Origin: Blastocatellia bacterium
GTDB taxonomy: Bacteria > Acidobacteriota > Blastocatellia > UBA7656
Length of the DNA: 64,000 nt
Assembly: GCA_045807765.1 (NCBI GenBank)
Contig: JBJMGU010000220.1
Location: 12,796 to 76,795 of the forward strand
Reading direction: 5' to 3'
Shown here: piece after piece, positions 35,636 through 45,436 of the stretch
How the letters are laid out: the number at the start of each line of letters is the position of its first letter
Position numbering within the stretch: the stretch's first letter is position 1
Translations under genes and position numbers: made by a program
Notes under the pieces: generated by a model
Told to the model about the DNA's origin: nothing
What the model saw: only the letters and a program-made list of their open reading frames with translations
Databases searched by the model: none

Positions 35636-35736
35636 TTGTGCCCACTCGCAGGCGCAAGCATCACACTGAACCTTACAGTCGCTTCATCTTCCCCACTTTT
35701 AACTCGGTTCATAAACAAGTAACTGGCGGGTGGTCG

Positions 35737-36885
35737 CTACAACCCGGCGGCGCGGAATATGTCTGCCTCTGGCCGCACGTCGAGCCAATCGGGCAGGTCA
35801 AACAACCCTAGACGCGTTTTGTCTGCGACGCTGTTGGCGTAGATGCCACGGCGGAAGCGGATCGAGATATCGGCGCGCGTGCCGTAGACTTTGATCGAGT
35901 GAAAACTGGCGTCATCCGCCGAGCGCTCGGTCGAATAGGCGATCACACATTCGGTGCCGATCTCTTCGACCATGCGGTTGCTCATGCCTGTAAAGGCGTC
36001 GCGCGATTCCGGCATCCAGGCCATGCCGCCGGTCTCTTCGGCCAGTCCTTTTAGCGAAAGCTCGGACGCTTCGAGCTGGCGGTAGTAACGGCGCAGGCGG
36101 TCAATCTTCTTACGCTGTAAGGGGTCGAGCCGTTCGTACCAGGAGAGCGCGTTGAAGGCTTCGGGCTTGATGGCTTTCAGCAATATCTCGTTCTGCCCAG
36201 CAATGTAGATGGTCGCGCGGGCGCGATGCAGCGCTGCCAGCGCCTTCTCGAACATCAGCGTCGCGCCTTCGGCAACCGGCTTTTCGTATGAATCAATGCC
36301 GTCGGTGAGCAGGACGATGCTGCGGCGGCCCGGCACTCTCGACAACACCTCGTCGCAGCCATAGATAATGCTGTTATAAAAGTCGGACTCGATGCCCGGC
36401 TTGAACTTCCATTCAAGCGCCTGGCGCAGAGCCGTTTTGTTACCGGTCCAGGCCGACAGCAACTGAATGGTGTCGCCGTACGAGATGATAGCGGCGCGGT
36501 CTTCGACGCCGAGCGCCTCGATCATCTTCAAGGCCAGCTCGCGGTGCAGGTTGATATTCTTGACGGTATGCTCGCCGCTGGTGTCAAGGATGAAGAGGAT
36601 GTTGGCCGGCGCGCGCAAGACGTCGTTGACTTCGTGGCGCTTGCCGTCTTCGGTGACGATAAAATCGGTGCGCTTTAAATCTACAGGCAGATGACCGAAG
36701 GCATTGCGCACGTTGACCGCCAGCAGCACTTCTTCGACACGCAGACGCACGGCATCGCTGTCGTCCGTGGGGTGTTGGTGCACCGGCGCTTGCTTGCGCA
36801 ACCGCCCGCTCTGGGCGTAGAGATCCGTCACCACGGCCAGGGTCAGGCAAAGAGCGAAAACGGCTCGAACATTCAATCCCTTCAT
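35737..36885 (-). CDS. VWA domain protein (VWFA-related acidobacterial type)
   Basis: Signal peptide, then a MIDAS-like motif ILFILDTSGEH and a VWA fold, with a C-terminal extension. Start at MKGLNVRAVF. Confidence 0.65.
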   Translation of the reverse strand: MKGLNVRAVFALCLTLAVVTDLYAQSGRLRKQAPVHQHPTDDSDAVRLRVEEVLLAVNVRNAFGHLPVDLKRTDFIVTEDGKRHEVNDVLRAPANILFILDTSGEHTVKNINLHRELALKMIEALGVEDRAAIISYGDTIQLLSAWTGNKTALRQALEWKFKPGIESDFYNSIIYGCDEVLSRVPGRRSIVLLTDGIDSYEKPVAEGATLMFEKALAALHRARATIYIAGQNEILLKAIKPEAFNALSWYERLDPLQRKKIDRLRRYYRQLEASELSLKGLAEETGGMAWMPESRDAFTGMSNRMVEEIGTECVIAYSTERSADDASFHSIKVYGTRADISIRFRRGIYANSVADKTRLGLFDLPDWLDVRPEADIFRAAGL

Positions 36886-37036
36886 CGGAATCTCCACCGT
36901 TTCAGGGCGCACGGCCAGTAAGCCAGCGCGCTTCAATCATCCATTGTGCGCGGGTGAATGCCCCGCGTTCTTCGTTAGCTTGCGCGTAAGCCAACCGGCT
37001 CCGCGCCACATCCTTAGTCGCTGCTTGCTCCGGCGA

Positions 37037-38227
37037 TTATATCAAGGATACGAAAACTTCGTTAGATAGCAAGCGGCCTTTGTCCGTCAGCATCATGCGC
37101 CCTTCGGTGATTTGAATCAAGCCGGCATCAGTGAGTCGCGGCAATTCGTCGCCAAAGCGCTCCAGCACGTCCAGACCGTACTCGTCGCGAAACGGCTGAA
37201 GCGCGACACCTTCATTGAGCCGCAAGCCCATAAACAAAGCTTCGGCGGCGCGGTCTTCGGCTGAAAGCTCATGCCGTTCGGCAATCGCCTGGCCGCGCTC
37301 GGCAATCGTCGCAATGTACGCGTCGGTCTTCAAGAGGTTGACCCAGCGAGCGCGCCCGTCATAAGAATGCGCGCCGCATCCCAGGCCGTAGAACGCCGCG
37401 CCCGTCCAGTACTTCATATTGTGCTGCGAGCGGAACCGCGACGGCGCGCTTCCCATGCCTTTCCACGGCTCAGGCTCAAGGCGCGCGAAGTTCGATATCT
37501 CGTACTGCTCGTAGCCGGCGCGCCGTGTCGCCGCGCAGATCATTCGATACATCTCGGCTGCCGTGTCGTCGTCGGGCTGTGGGCGCTGGCCGCGCTTAAG
37601 CTGCGCATAAAGCTGCGTGCCTTCCTTGACTTCGAGCAGGTAAAGCGACAGGTGCTCGGGGTCAAGTCGCAGGGCTTCCTCGAGATTGAAGCGCCAGTCG
37701 GCGAGCGGCTGTTCGGGCAACCCGGCGATCAGGTCAAGGCTGATATTTTCAAAACCGGCTTCGCGCAAAGCAGCGACCGTAAGCCGAGCGTCCGTCGCCG
37801 TGTGGGTGCGCGACAGGCGCGCAAGCTCTTCGTCAATGAATGATTGCACGCCGACGCTGGCGCGGTTGATGCGTGCGGCCAGCCAGCCTTCGACCTTCTG
37901 GCGCGTAAAGGTCGCCGGGTTGATTTCAATCGTCACCTCGGCATCGGGTGCGACTGTGAAGCTCTCGTGGCAGGCGGCAACCAGCGCCGCCAGTTGCTCG
38001 GCTTCGACGATTGAAGGCGTGCCGCCGCCGAAATAGATGGTATCAACGGCCATGCGATGCGGGTTACTTTCTGCCAGTCGCTCGCCCCAGGCGACAATCT
38101 CGCGCCGCACCGCGTCAACGTAGTGCGCCGCCAGGTCTTCAAAAAAATCGGTTGTGTTAAAAGCGCAGTAGGTGCATTTGCGCGCACAGAAGGGGATATG
38201 AATATAGATGCCTGCCTGCCGATTCAC
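37037..38227 (-). CDS. hemW: radical SAM heme chaperone HemW (HemN-like, oxygen-independent coproporphyrinogen oxidase family)
   Basis: CxxxCxxC radical SAM motif in IYIHIPFCARKCTYCAF and a HemN C-terminal domain. Confidence 0.8.
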   Translation of the reverse strand: MNRQAGIYIHIPFCARKCTYCAFNTTDFFEDLAAHYVDAVRREIVAWGERLAESNPHRMAVDTIYFGGGTPSIVEAEQLAALVAACHESFTVAPDAEVTIEINPATFTRQKVEGWLAARINRASVGVQSFIDEELARLSRTHTATDARLTVAALREAGFENISLDLIAGLPEQPLADWRFNLEEALRLDPEHLSLYLLEVKEGTQLYAQLKRGQRPQPDDDTAAEMYRMICAATRRAGYEQYEISNFARLEPEPWKGMGSAPSRFRSQHNMKYWTGAAFYGLGCGAHSYDGRARWVNLLKTDAYIATIAERGQAIAERHELSAEDRAAEALFMGLRLNEGVALQPFRDEYGLDVLERFGDELPRLTDAGLIQITEGRMMLTDKGRLLSNEVFVSLI

Positions 38228-38336
38228 TCAGGGATTATATCACGCCCTTCGTTTGCAAAACCCCATCGCGGGTGACCTGTTTCTCGGCGATTTTGCGCAT
38301 GCATGATTGAGCACAGAATTGCTGGAGGATGAAGAG

Positions 38337-41300
38337 ATGACCGCGAGATGGGTACGCGCCGGTGTGATGATAATTTCAGCGCTTGCGGTGCTGGGCCTGG
38401 CTTCGAGCCAATTTGAAGAAGCGGCTTCCACTGCCGGCTTACAGAAGCGGGCACCCGCCGCCGTCTTCACCGTCAACTCGACGGGCGACCAGGCAGACCT
38501 CGTGCCTGGGGACGGGGTTTGCTTGACCGCGAACGGCGACTGTACGCTGCGGGCCGCCCTAGAAGAAACCAACGCCCTGGCCGGTGCCGACACCATCAAT
38601 TTCAACATCGGCACGGGCACCCCCTCAATCACGCCGGCAGCCGCGCTGCCATCGATTACCGATCGGCTGACGATTGACGGCAACAGTGGCGGCGCGGCCC
38701 GCGTGCAAATCAATGGAAGTGGCGTTGCGACAGCCGGCACACACGGGCTGGTACTGGCACCAGGCAGTAGCGGCAGCGCGATCCGCTCGCTGGTCATCCG
38801 GCAATGGACCGGTAACGGCGTACGCATCCAGTCAGACAACAACCTAATCGAGAATAACTACATCGGTACGAACGAAACCGGCAGCGTCACGGCGGCCAAT
38901 GGCGCGGGCGGCGTTGTGATCTCTGGCGGCTCTGGCAACACCATTGGCGGCTTGAGCGCGACGGCGGGGACGGCGCCGGGCAATGTCATTTCGGGCAACG
39001 ACACGAATGGCGTCATGCTCACCGCCGCCGCGACGATGAATAGCGTGCAGGGTAACCTGATCGGGATTGCCGCCGGCGGCGCAACAGCGCTGAGGAACAC
39101 AGGTCACGGCATCTTGATCGATAGCGCGCCGGCCAATACCATCGGCGGCTCGACAACAACGGCGCGGAACATCATTACCGGGGGCACCGCGACGACTTCA
39201 TTCGGAGTCGCTATTCAGGGCGAGACCAGTGACAACAACACGATAGCCGGAAACTATATCGGCACAGACATCACAGGCATGAACGACATCGGCGCGGGCG
39301 GCGACGGCGTGCGAATCAATTCGGGGCCGGATAACAACACGATAGGCGGCTCGACGGCGACACCTGGCACGCCGCCCGGCAACGTCATCAGCGGCAACGG
39401 CGCGACCGGCTGTGGCACCTGTGACGGTATTGAAATCGTCGGCAGCAGTACGATACAGAACACGACTACCGGCAACAAGATTCAGGGCAACATCATCGGC
39501 CTGAAAGCCGACGGCATGGCGGCTTTGAAGAACGAGCGCAACGGCATCAACATCAACGACGCCTCTAGCACGACCATCGGCGGCTCGTCGGCGATGGAGC
39601 GCAATGTCATATCGGGCAATAACACAGACGCCAACACCGACGGCATAGATATGAATGGCGAGAACGCCGACAACAACACGATTGCCGGCAATTACATTGG
39701 CACCAACATCAATGGCACGGCGGCCATCGCCAATGGCGGCAACGGCGTCTTTGTCAACGGCGGGCCGGATAACCTCACCATCGGAGGCTCGACGGCAACG
39801 CCCGGTACGCCGCCCGGCAACGTCATCAGCGGCAACACCGGCGACGGCGTTGAGCTTCTCGGCGGCGCCAGTTCGGGCCATCTGGTGCGCGGCAATTTGA
39901 TCGGCCTTCAGGCGGGCGGCGCGGCGGCGCTGGGCAACGGAGCCAACGGCGTGCTGCTGAATCAAACCACCAGCTCGATCATCGGCGGCTCAACTTCTGA
40001 TCTGCGCAATATCATCTCTGCCAACGGCGCCAACGGCGTGCAATTGAACGAAGGGCAGGGCGGCATATTCGACAACAACACAGTCGCAAGCAACTACATC
40101 GGCACAGACATCACCGGCATGAGCGCCCTCGGCAACACGAGCGCCGGAATTCACATCGTCCAGGCTGATGGCGTCACTGTCGGCGGCATTACGGCAACGC
40201 CCGGTACGCCGCCCGGCAACGTCATCAGCGGTAACAACACCGTCGGCATCGATGCCGACAATGCTAATGATGATGCGGTGCAAGGCAACCTGATCGGCCT
40301 GAAAGCCAATGGCGCGGACGCCCTGCCCAACACCAGCCACGGCATTCATATCCGCAACACCTCGGTCAGAATCGCCGTCGGCGGGACGGCAGCCGGGGCC
40401 GCCAACCGCATCGCTTTTAATGGCGGCGATGGCGTGAATGTCGCGGGCGCTTCCAGTAACGGCAACTCGATCCGCGCCAACTCGATCTACTCGAACACCG
40501 GGTTAGGCATAGACTTGGCCGGCGGCACCGAGAACGCCAGTGGTGTGACGGCCAACGACCCGAACGATAGCGACGCCGGGGCAAACACCTTACAAAATTA
40601 CCCGGTGATCACTGCGGCCACCGTGAGTGGCGGCAGCATAACGGTCGCAGGCACTTTGAACAGTGCGCCCAACATGACCTTCGCCATTGAGTTTTATTCG
40701 ATGACGACCGCCGACCCTTCGGGCAATGGCGAAGCGACAAGCTATCGCGGCTCGACCTCTGTGACGACAAACGCCAGCGGCAACGCCAGCTTCAGCGGCA
40801 TCATACTGGCCACCACAGACCCGCTGATTACCGCGACCGCCACCAACACGACGGGGTCGCCTGCCAACAACACTTCGGAATTCGCCGCTGACTTCACGGC
40901 GTCGAGCCCGACCATTGTCCGGCTCGAATCGTTTAAGGCGCTCGCTGATGACAGCGGTAAAGTCTATTTAGAATGGCAGACCGGCTACGAGGCAGACAAC
41001 CTCGGTTTCAATCTCTACCGCGAAGTCCGTGGTCAGCGCACACGGATTAATCCTTCGCTGATCGCCGGGTCGGCGCTGATCGCCGGCCAAGATACTGTCC
41101 TTGCCGCCGGCGCTGTTTATTCGTGGGTTGACGCGCAAGGTGCGGCTGATATGGCGGCGATGTACTGGCTCGAAGACATTGACTTGAGCGGCGGCGCAAC
41201 CCTGCACGGCCCCTTCTTTACTTCGCCCGTAGGCAAGCTCCCCGCCGAAGCCCGCGCGGTTCTGCTCAATGAGATTAATGATTCAGGCGACGCGGCTCAG

Positions 41301-43421
41301 AGGCAATTGCTGCCGGTGACTGCAAGCCGCAAAGGCATGGCGATGTTTTCAGCCGACCGCCTTGCCAACGACAGCCTTGCCAGGCAGTGGGAGATTGCCG
41401 CTCAAGCAGGCGTCAAGCTGCTGATCAAGCAAGCCGGCTGGTATCGCATCACTCAGCCCGAACTCATTGCCGCCGGGCTCGAGCCAATGCGCGACCCGCG
41501 CTTCTTACAACTCTTTGCCGATGGCCAGGAGGTCGCCATGCTCGTCAACGGCGGCTTTAAAGGGCGGCTCGATTCGACCGACTCCATCGAGTTTTTCGCC
41601 ACTCCACTCGATACCCCGGAGACCGCTACACACGCCTATTACCTCATCTTCGGCGCGCAGCCCGGTCGCCGCATCGCGGGCGTTAGCGGCCTTCCCGACA
41701 AACCGGACGAGGCTCAGAGCTTTGCTTACACCACCGAACTGAAGCCGCGGTATCTCTACTTCCCTTCAATCAAGAACGGCGACGCCGACAACTGGTTCGG
41801 CCCCATCATCAGCAGCACGCCTTATACGCTCTCCTTGAAAGTTTCGCAGCCTGATTCCCAGGCCCAATCGCCTGCCACGCTCGATCTGGTTACACAGGGA
41901 CTCGGCCTCAACGTTGGGCATGGCGTCAGCCTTAGCTTCAACGGCTCGTTTATCGGTACAACTCTATTCGATAGTCAGGCGCATTCAACGACCTCGTTCA
42001 CGCTGCCGATGTCGCTGCTGCGCGACGGCGACAACAGCATCACTTTGCAAGCTCTCAATGGTCCGAGCGATTTCAGCGTCCTCGATGTCGTGCGTCTGAC
42101 TTACGCGCACCGCTTCGTCGCCGACGACAATGCCCTGCTGATGAGCGCCGACGGCGGACAGACCATACAGATCAGCGGCTTCCTGCGGCCCGCCGTTCGC
42201 CTTTTCGACATCACTGACGCGAGCAACCCTGTCGAGATTCAAGGTCAGGTTGAAGCGGACGGTAATAGCTACCGGCTGACAGCGGCATTGCCCAGCGGCG
42301 GGCCGCGCCAGCTCTATGCCATCAGCGAGCGCGCTGTCCAACATCCGGCGCAGGTCATCACCCAGCGACCCTCAACCTGGAACCGCGCCGCCAATGGCGC
42401 TGACCTCATCATCATCTCGCACGCCAGCCTCATCTCTAGCCTTGAGCCCCTCAAACAGCTCAGACTCAGTCAGGGCTACTCCGTCGCCGTCGTTGATGTC
42501 GAAGACCTCTTTGATGAATTCTCCTTCGGCGCTCACTCCGCCGCTGCCGTCCGTGACTTTCTCACCCGCGCTCACACGCTCTGGAAGAAAGCTCCCCGTT
42601 GGGCGCTGCTCGCCGGCGACGCCAGCTACGATCCGCGCAACTATCTCGGCCTCGGCGACAACGACTTCGTCCCCACTGGCCGCATCACCACCTTGCAGTT
42701 CGAGACCGCCTCTGATGAGTGGCTCGGCGACAGCGACGGCGACGGCCTTTCAGAAGTCGCCATCGGTCGCCTGCCGGTGCGCTCACCTGAGGCTGCGGCG
42801 CTGGTTGTCGGTAAGCTGCTCAATTATGAGAAGCAGCGCCACGAAGGCGCTTTGCTGGTCGCTGACCGCAATGACGGCTACAACTTCGAGGCGGCGACAA
42901 CGGCGGTCAAGAGCCTGCTGCCGCCGGGGCTGGCGGTGATGACCATCTATCGCAGTCAGATGGATGACGCGGCGGCGCATCAAGCGGTGATGGCGGGGCT
43001 CAGTCGCGGGCCACTGGTGGTCAATTATGCCGGGCACGGCTCGGCCAGTGTGTGGCGCGGCAGCGTGCTGGTGACCGCTGATGCGGCGAGTCTGAGCAAC
43101 CGCGACCATCTGACGGTAGTGATCTCGATGACCTGCTTGAACGGCTTGTTCAATGATCCGCGAACGGCGAGCCTGGGCGAAGCGCTGCTGTTATCAGAGG
43201 GAGGAGCGGCGGCGGTGTGGGCGTCGTCGGCGCAGACAAGCGGCGACGGGCAGGCGCAGATGAATCAAGAAGTGATGCGGCAGTTGTTCGGGGGAGCGAC
43301 GGCGCGAGTGCAGGGGATGACTATCGGCGAGGCGACGAAGCGAGCGCGGCAGGTGGTCAGCGACAGTGACGTGCGGCGGAGCTGGGTGTTGCTGGGCGAT
43401 CCGACGATGCGGGTGAAGTAA
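38337..43421 (+). CDS. giant secreted protein: CSLREA domain + right-handed parallel beta-helix repeats + C-terminal peptidase C25 (gingipain-like) domain
   Basis: Signal peptide MTARWVRAGVMIISALAVLGLASS. A CSLREA-like motif (DGVCLTANGDCTLRAALEETNA). About 25 beta-helix repeats of NxxIxGNxIG type. The C-terminal ~400 aa match the C25 pattern (RWALLAGDASYDP; AIGRLPV; NYAGHGSASVW; MTCLNG), with His-Cys spacing of 33 residues as in gingipain R. ATG 38337 is preceded by GGAGGA. Confidence 0.7.
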   Translation: MTARWVRAGVMIISALAVLGLASSQFEEAASTAGLQKRAPAAVFTVNSTGDQADLVPGDGVCLTANGDCTLRAALEETNALAGADTINFNIGTGTPSITPAAALPSITDRLTIDGNSGGAARVQINGSGVATAGTHGLVLAPGSSGSAIRSLVIRQWTGNGVRIQSDNNLIENNYIGTNETGSVTAANGAGGVVISGGSGNTIGGLSATAGTAPGNVISGNDTNGVMLTAAATMNSVQGNLIGIAAGGATALRNTGHGILIDSAPANTIGGSTTTARNIITGGTATTSFGVAIQGETSDNNTIAGNYIGTDITGMNDIGAGGDGVRINSGPDNNTIGGSTATPGTPPGNVISGNGATGCGTCDGIEIVGSSTIQNTTTGNKIQGNIIGLKADGMAALKNERNGININDASSTTIGGSSAMERNVISGNNTDANTDGIDMNGENADNNTIAGNYIGTNINGTAAIANGGNGVFVNGGPDNLTIGGSTATPGTPPGNVISGNTGDGVELLGGASSGHLVRGNLIGLQAGGAAALGNGANGVLLNQTTSSIIGGSTSDLRNIISANGANGVQLNEGQGGIFDNNTVASNYIGTDITGMSALGNTSAGIHIVQADGVTVGGITATPGTPPGNVISGNNTVGIDADNANDDAVQGNLIGLKANGADALPNTSHGIHIRNTSVRIAVGGTAAGAANRIAFNGGDGVNVAGASSNGNSIRANSIYSNTGLGIDLAGGTENASGVTANDPNDSDAGANTLQNYPVITAATVSGGSITVAGTLNSAPNMTFAIEFYSMTTADPSGNGEATSYRGSTSVTTNASGNASFSGIILATTDPLITATATNTTGSPANNTSEFAADFTASSPTIVRLESFKALADDSGKVYLEWQTGYEADNLGFNLYREVRGQRTRINPSLIAGSALIAGQDTVLAAGAVYSWVDAQGAADMAAMYWLEDIDLSGGATLHGPFFTSPVGKLPAEARAVLLNEINDSGDAAQRQLLPVTASRKGMAMFSADRLANDSLARQWEIAAQAGVKLLIKQAGWYRITQPELIAAGLEPMRDPRFLQLFADGQEVAMLVNGGFKGRLDSTDSIEFFATPLDTPETATHAYYLIFGAQPGRRIAGVSGLPDKPDEAQSFAYTTELKPRYLYFPSIKNGDADNWFGPIISSTPYTLSLKVSQPDSQAQSPATLDLVTQGLGLNVGHGVSLSFNGSFIGTTLFDSQAHSTTSFTLPMSLLRDGDNSITLQALNGPSDFSVLDVVRLTYAHRFVADDNALLMSADGGQTIQISGFLRPAVRLFDITDASNPVEIQGQVEADGNSYRLTAALPSGGPRQLYAISERAVQHPAQVITQRPSTWNRAANGADLIIISHASLISSLEPLKQLRLSQGYSVAVVDVEDLFDEFSFGAHSAAAVRDFLTRAHTLWKKAPRWALLAGDASYDPRNYLGLGDNDFVPTGRITTLQFETASDEWLGDSDGDGLSEVAIGRLPVRSPEAAALVVGKLLNYEKQRHEGALLVADRNDGYNFEAATTAVKSLLPPGLAVMTIYRSQMDDAAAHQAVMAGLSRGPLVVNYAGHGSASVWRGSVLVTADAASLSNRDHLTVVISMTCLNGLFNDPRTASLGEALLLSEGGAAAVWASSAQTSGDGQAQMNQEVMRQLFGGATARVQGMTIGEATKRARQVVSDSDVRRSWVLLGDPTMRVK

Positions 43422-43461
43422 GGCGGCGTGAGCCGACAAGAAAGCAGCAGAGCGCACGAAA

Positions 43462-43530
43462 AAGCGAAGGGTCAGAGAAGCAGCGGACAACCTCTTGCCG
43501 GGGATGACGTGGCTCTGATCCTTCGCTCTA
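43462..43530 (+). terminator. rho-independent terminator after the giant gene
   Basis: cgaagggtcagag ... ctctgatccttcg forms a 13-bp stem with one mismatch and a long loop, followed by ctctattttt. Confidence 0.5.
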
Positions 43531-43706
43531 TTTTTGCCGTCCGGGCGCTGCCGGCTGGCAAGCGAAAAAACACTTTGGCGGTTGGCTTGTCGTCGCGAAA
43601 TCGGGTATCCTTCACAGGTTATTTTACCGCCCTGCCCGCTTGCCATCATCATCGCCGTTTTGCTTGCACAGGCTGGGGCACGTGCGAATTGGCGGAGAGA
43701 GTGTAA

Positions 43707-44681
43707 ATGATCGCTTTTGAAAAACTGTCAGGACAACGGATCGTCGTGACCGGCGGCGCCGGCTTTGTCGGTTCCAACATCGTGCGCCGCCTCCTGCGCG
43801 AAGGCGCGCGCGTCGTCGTGCTGGATGATTTCTACACCGGCACGCTAGAGAACTTGCCCGGTGACGCCGCCGACATGGAGATCGTGCGCGGCACGGTGAC
43901 CGATTACGAACTGGTGCGCGACGTCGTCCAGGGTGCTGCCATCGTCTTTCACGAAGCGGCGCGCAACATCATCGTCTCGACGCGCAACCCGCGCGAGGAT
44001 TACGAAGTCAACATCGGCGGCACACTGAACGTGCTGCTGGCGGCGCGCGAAACCAACGTACCGCGCACGGTTTACGCTTCGTCGGCTTCGGTCTACGGCA
44101 ATCCGCGTTACTTGCCGATCAATGAAGACGATGCGACCAACATGCTCAGCCCTTACGCCGTCTCGAAATTCGCGGGCGAGAATTACTGCAAGGCGTTCTA
44201 CGAAAGTTACGGCTTGTCAGTGGCGGCGGTGCGCTATTCAAACGTCTTTGGCACGCAGCAACGCCCCGACAATCCTTATTGCGGAGTCATCGCTAAGTTC
44301 TTCGAGTCGACGATGCAGAACGAAGCGCCGCGCATTCACGGCGACGGCGAGCAGACACGCGATTTCACCTACATTGATGATGTCGTCGAGGCGACGCTGA
44401 TGGCCGGCATCTCGTCGAAGGCCGAGGGTCAGGTCTATAATGTCGGCACCGGGCGCGAAACGACGATCAATCAACTGGCGCGGATCATCATCCGCATCAC
44501 CAATGCGCAGGTCGAGCCGACCTATGTTGACCGCCGCGACATTGACAACATCCGCCGCCGCGTCGTCAACATCGAAAAGATTCGCCGCGAGCTGCGCTGG
44601 GTGCCATCCGTGACCATCGAAGAAGGTCTGCGCCGAACTTACCAATGGCTGAAAGAGAACAACGAGGGGAGACCGGCATGA
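43707..44681 (+). CDS. NAD-dependent epimerase/dehydratase (extended SDR, UDP-sugar epimerase/decarboxylase-like)
   Basis: GGAGFVGSNI Rossmann motif and YAVSKF (YxxxK). 324 aa. Confidence 0.75.
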   Translation: MIAFEKLSGQRIVVTGGAGFVGSNIVRRLLREGARVVVLDDFYTGTLENLPGDAADMEIVRGTVTDYELVRDVVQGAAIVFHEAARNIIVSTRNPREDYEVNIGGTLNVLLAARETNVPRTVYASSASVYGNPRYLPINEDDATNMLSPYAVSKFAGENYCKAFYESYGLSVAAVRYSNVFGTQQRPDNPYCGVIAKFFESTMQNEAPRIHGDGEQTRDFTYIDDVVEATLMAGISSKAEGQVYNVGTGRETTINQLARIIIRITNAQVEPTYVDRRDIDNIRRRVVNIEKIRRELRWVPSVTIEEGLRRTYQWLKENNEGRPA

Positions 44682-45436
44682 ACGCTTCGCCGGCGCTCGA
44701 CGTGGAGGTTATGACCCGCCCGCAGCCGCGCGTGCTGTGCGTCGCACCCGCCTGGAACGAAGGCGAGCGCATCGCCCGCGTCGTCGGCGCCGTGCCGCGC
44801 GACCTCGTTGAAGCGACAGTGGTCGTGGACGACGGCTCAAGCGACGCGACCCGCGATTACGCCGAAAGCGCCGGCGCGACAGTGATTCGTCAGGGCGCTA
44901 ACCGCGGCGTCGGCGCGGCGATTCGCGCCGGCATCGATTATGCGCGGGCCAATGGTTTTGATGTCGTGGTGATTGTATCGGGCGGCGGCAAGACACCGCC
45001 TGAGCAGATTCCGCGACTGGTCGAGCCGATTCTGCGGGGCGAAGCCGAGCTGGTGCAGGGCTCGCGCTACCTCAATGGCGGCGAATACCTGCGCATGCCT
45101 TTGCGCCGCCGTGTCGGCACGCGCGGCTACACCTGGTTGTTTTCCTTCTTCTGCGGCAGGCGGGTCACTGATGCATCAAGCGGATTTCGCGCCATCAAGC
45201 TGTCGTTGTTCGACGACCAGCGCATCAACCTCTGGCAAGAATGGCTCGACCGTTACGAGCTGGAGCCTTACTTGCTCTTCAAAGCCCTGCGCCTGCGCCA
45301 TCGCGTTGTCGAGGTTCCGGTGACAATCGAGTACCCGAAGACCGACGGCATCGCTTACACAAAGATGCGCGCCATCACCGATTGGTGGAAGATCTTCCGC
45401 CCCATCGTCTTTCTGGCCTTCGGCATCAAGCGATAG
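44678..45436 (+). CDS. GT2-family glycosyltransferase (polyprenyl-phosphate sugar synthase / DPM1-like)
   Basis: GT-A fold with a DxD-like motif (VVVDDGSSD). Start overlaps the epimerase stop as ATGA. Confidence 0.7.
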   Translation: MNASPALDVEVMTRPQPRVLCVAPAWNEGERIARVVGAVPRDLVEATVVVDDGSSDATRDYAESAGATVIRQGANRGVGAAIRAGIDYARANGFDVVVIVSGGGKTPPEQIPRLVEPILRGEAELVQGSRYLNGGEYLRMPLRRRVGTRGYTWLFSFFCGRRVTDASSGFRAIKLSLFDDQRINLWQEWLDRYELEPYLLFKALRLRHRVVEVPVTIEYPKTDGIAYTKMRAITDWWKIFRPIVFLAFGIKR

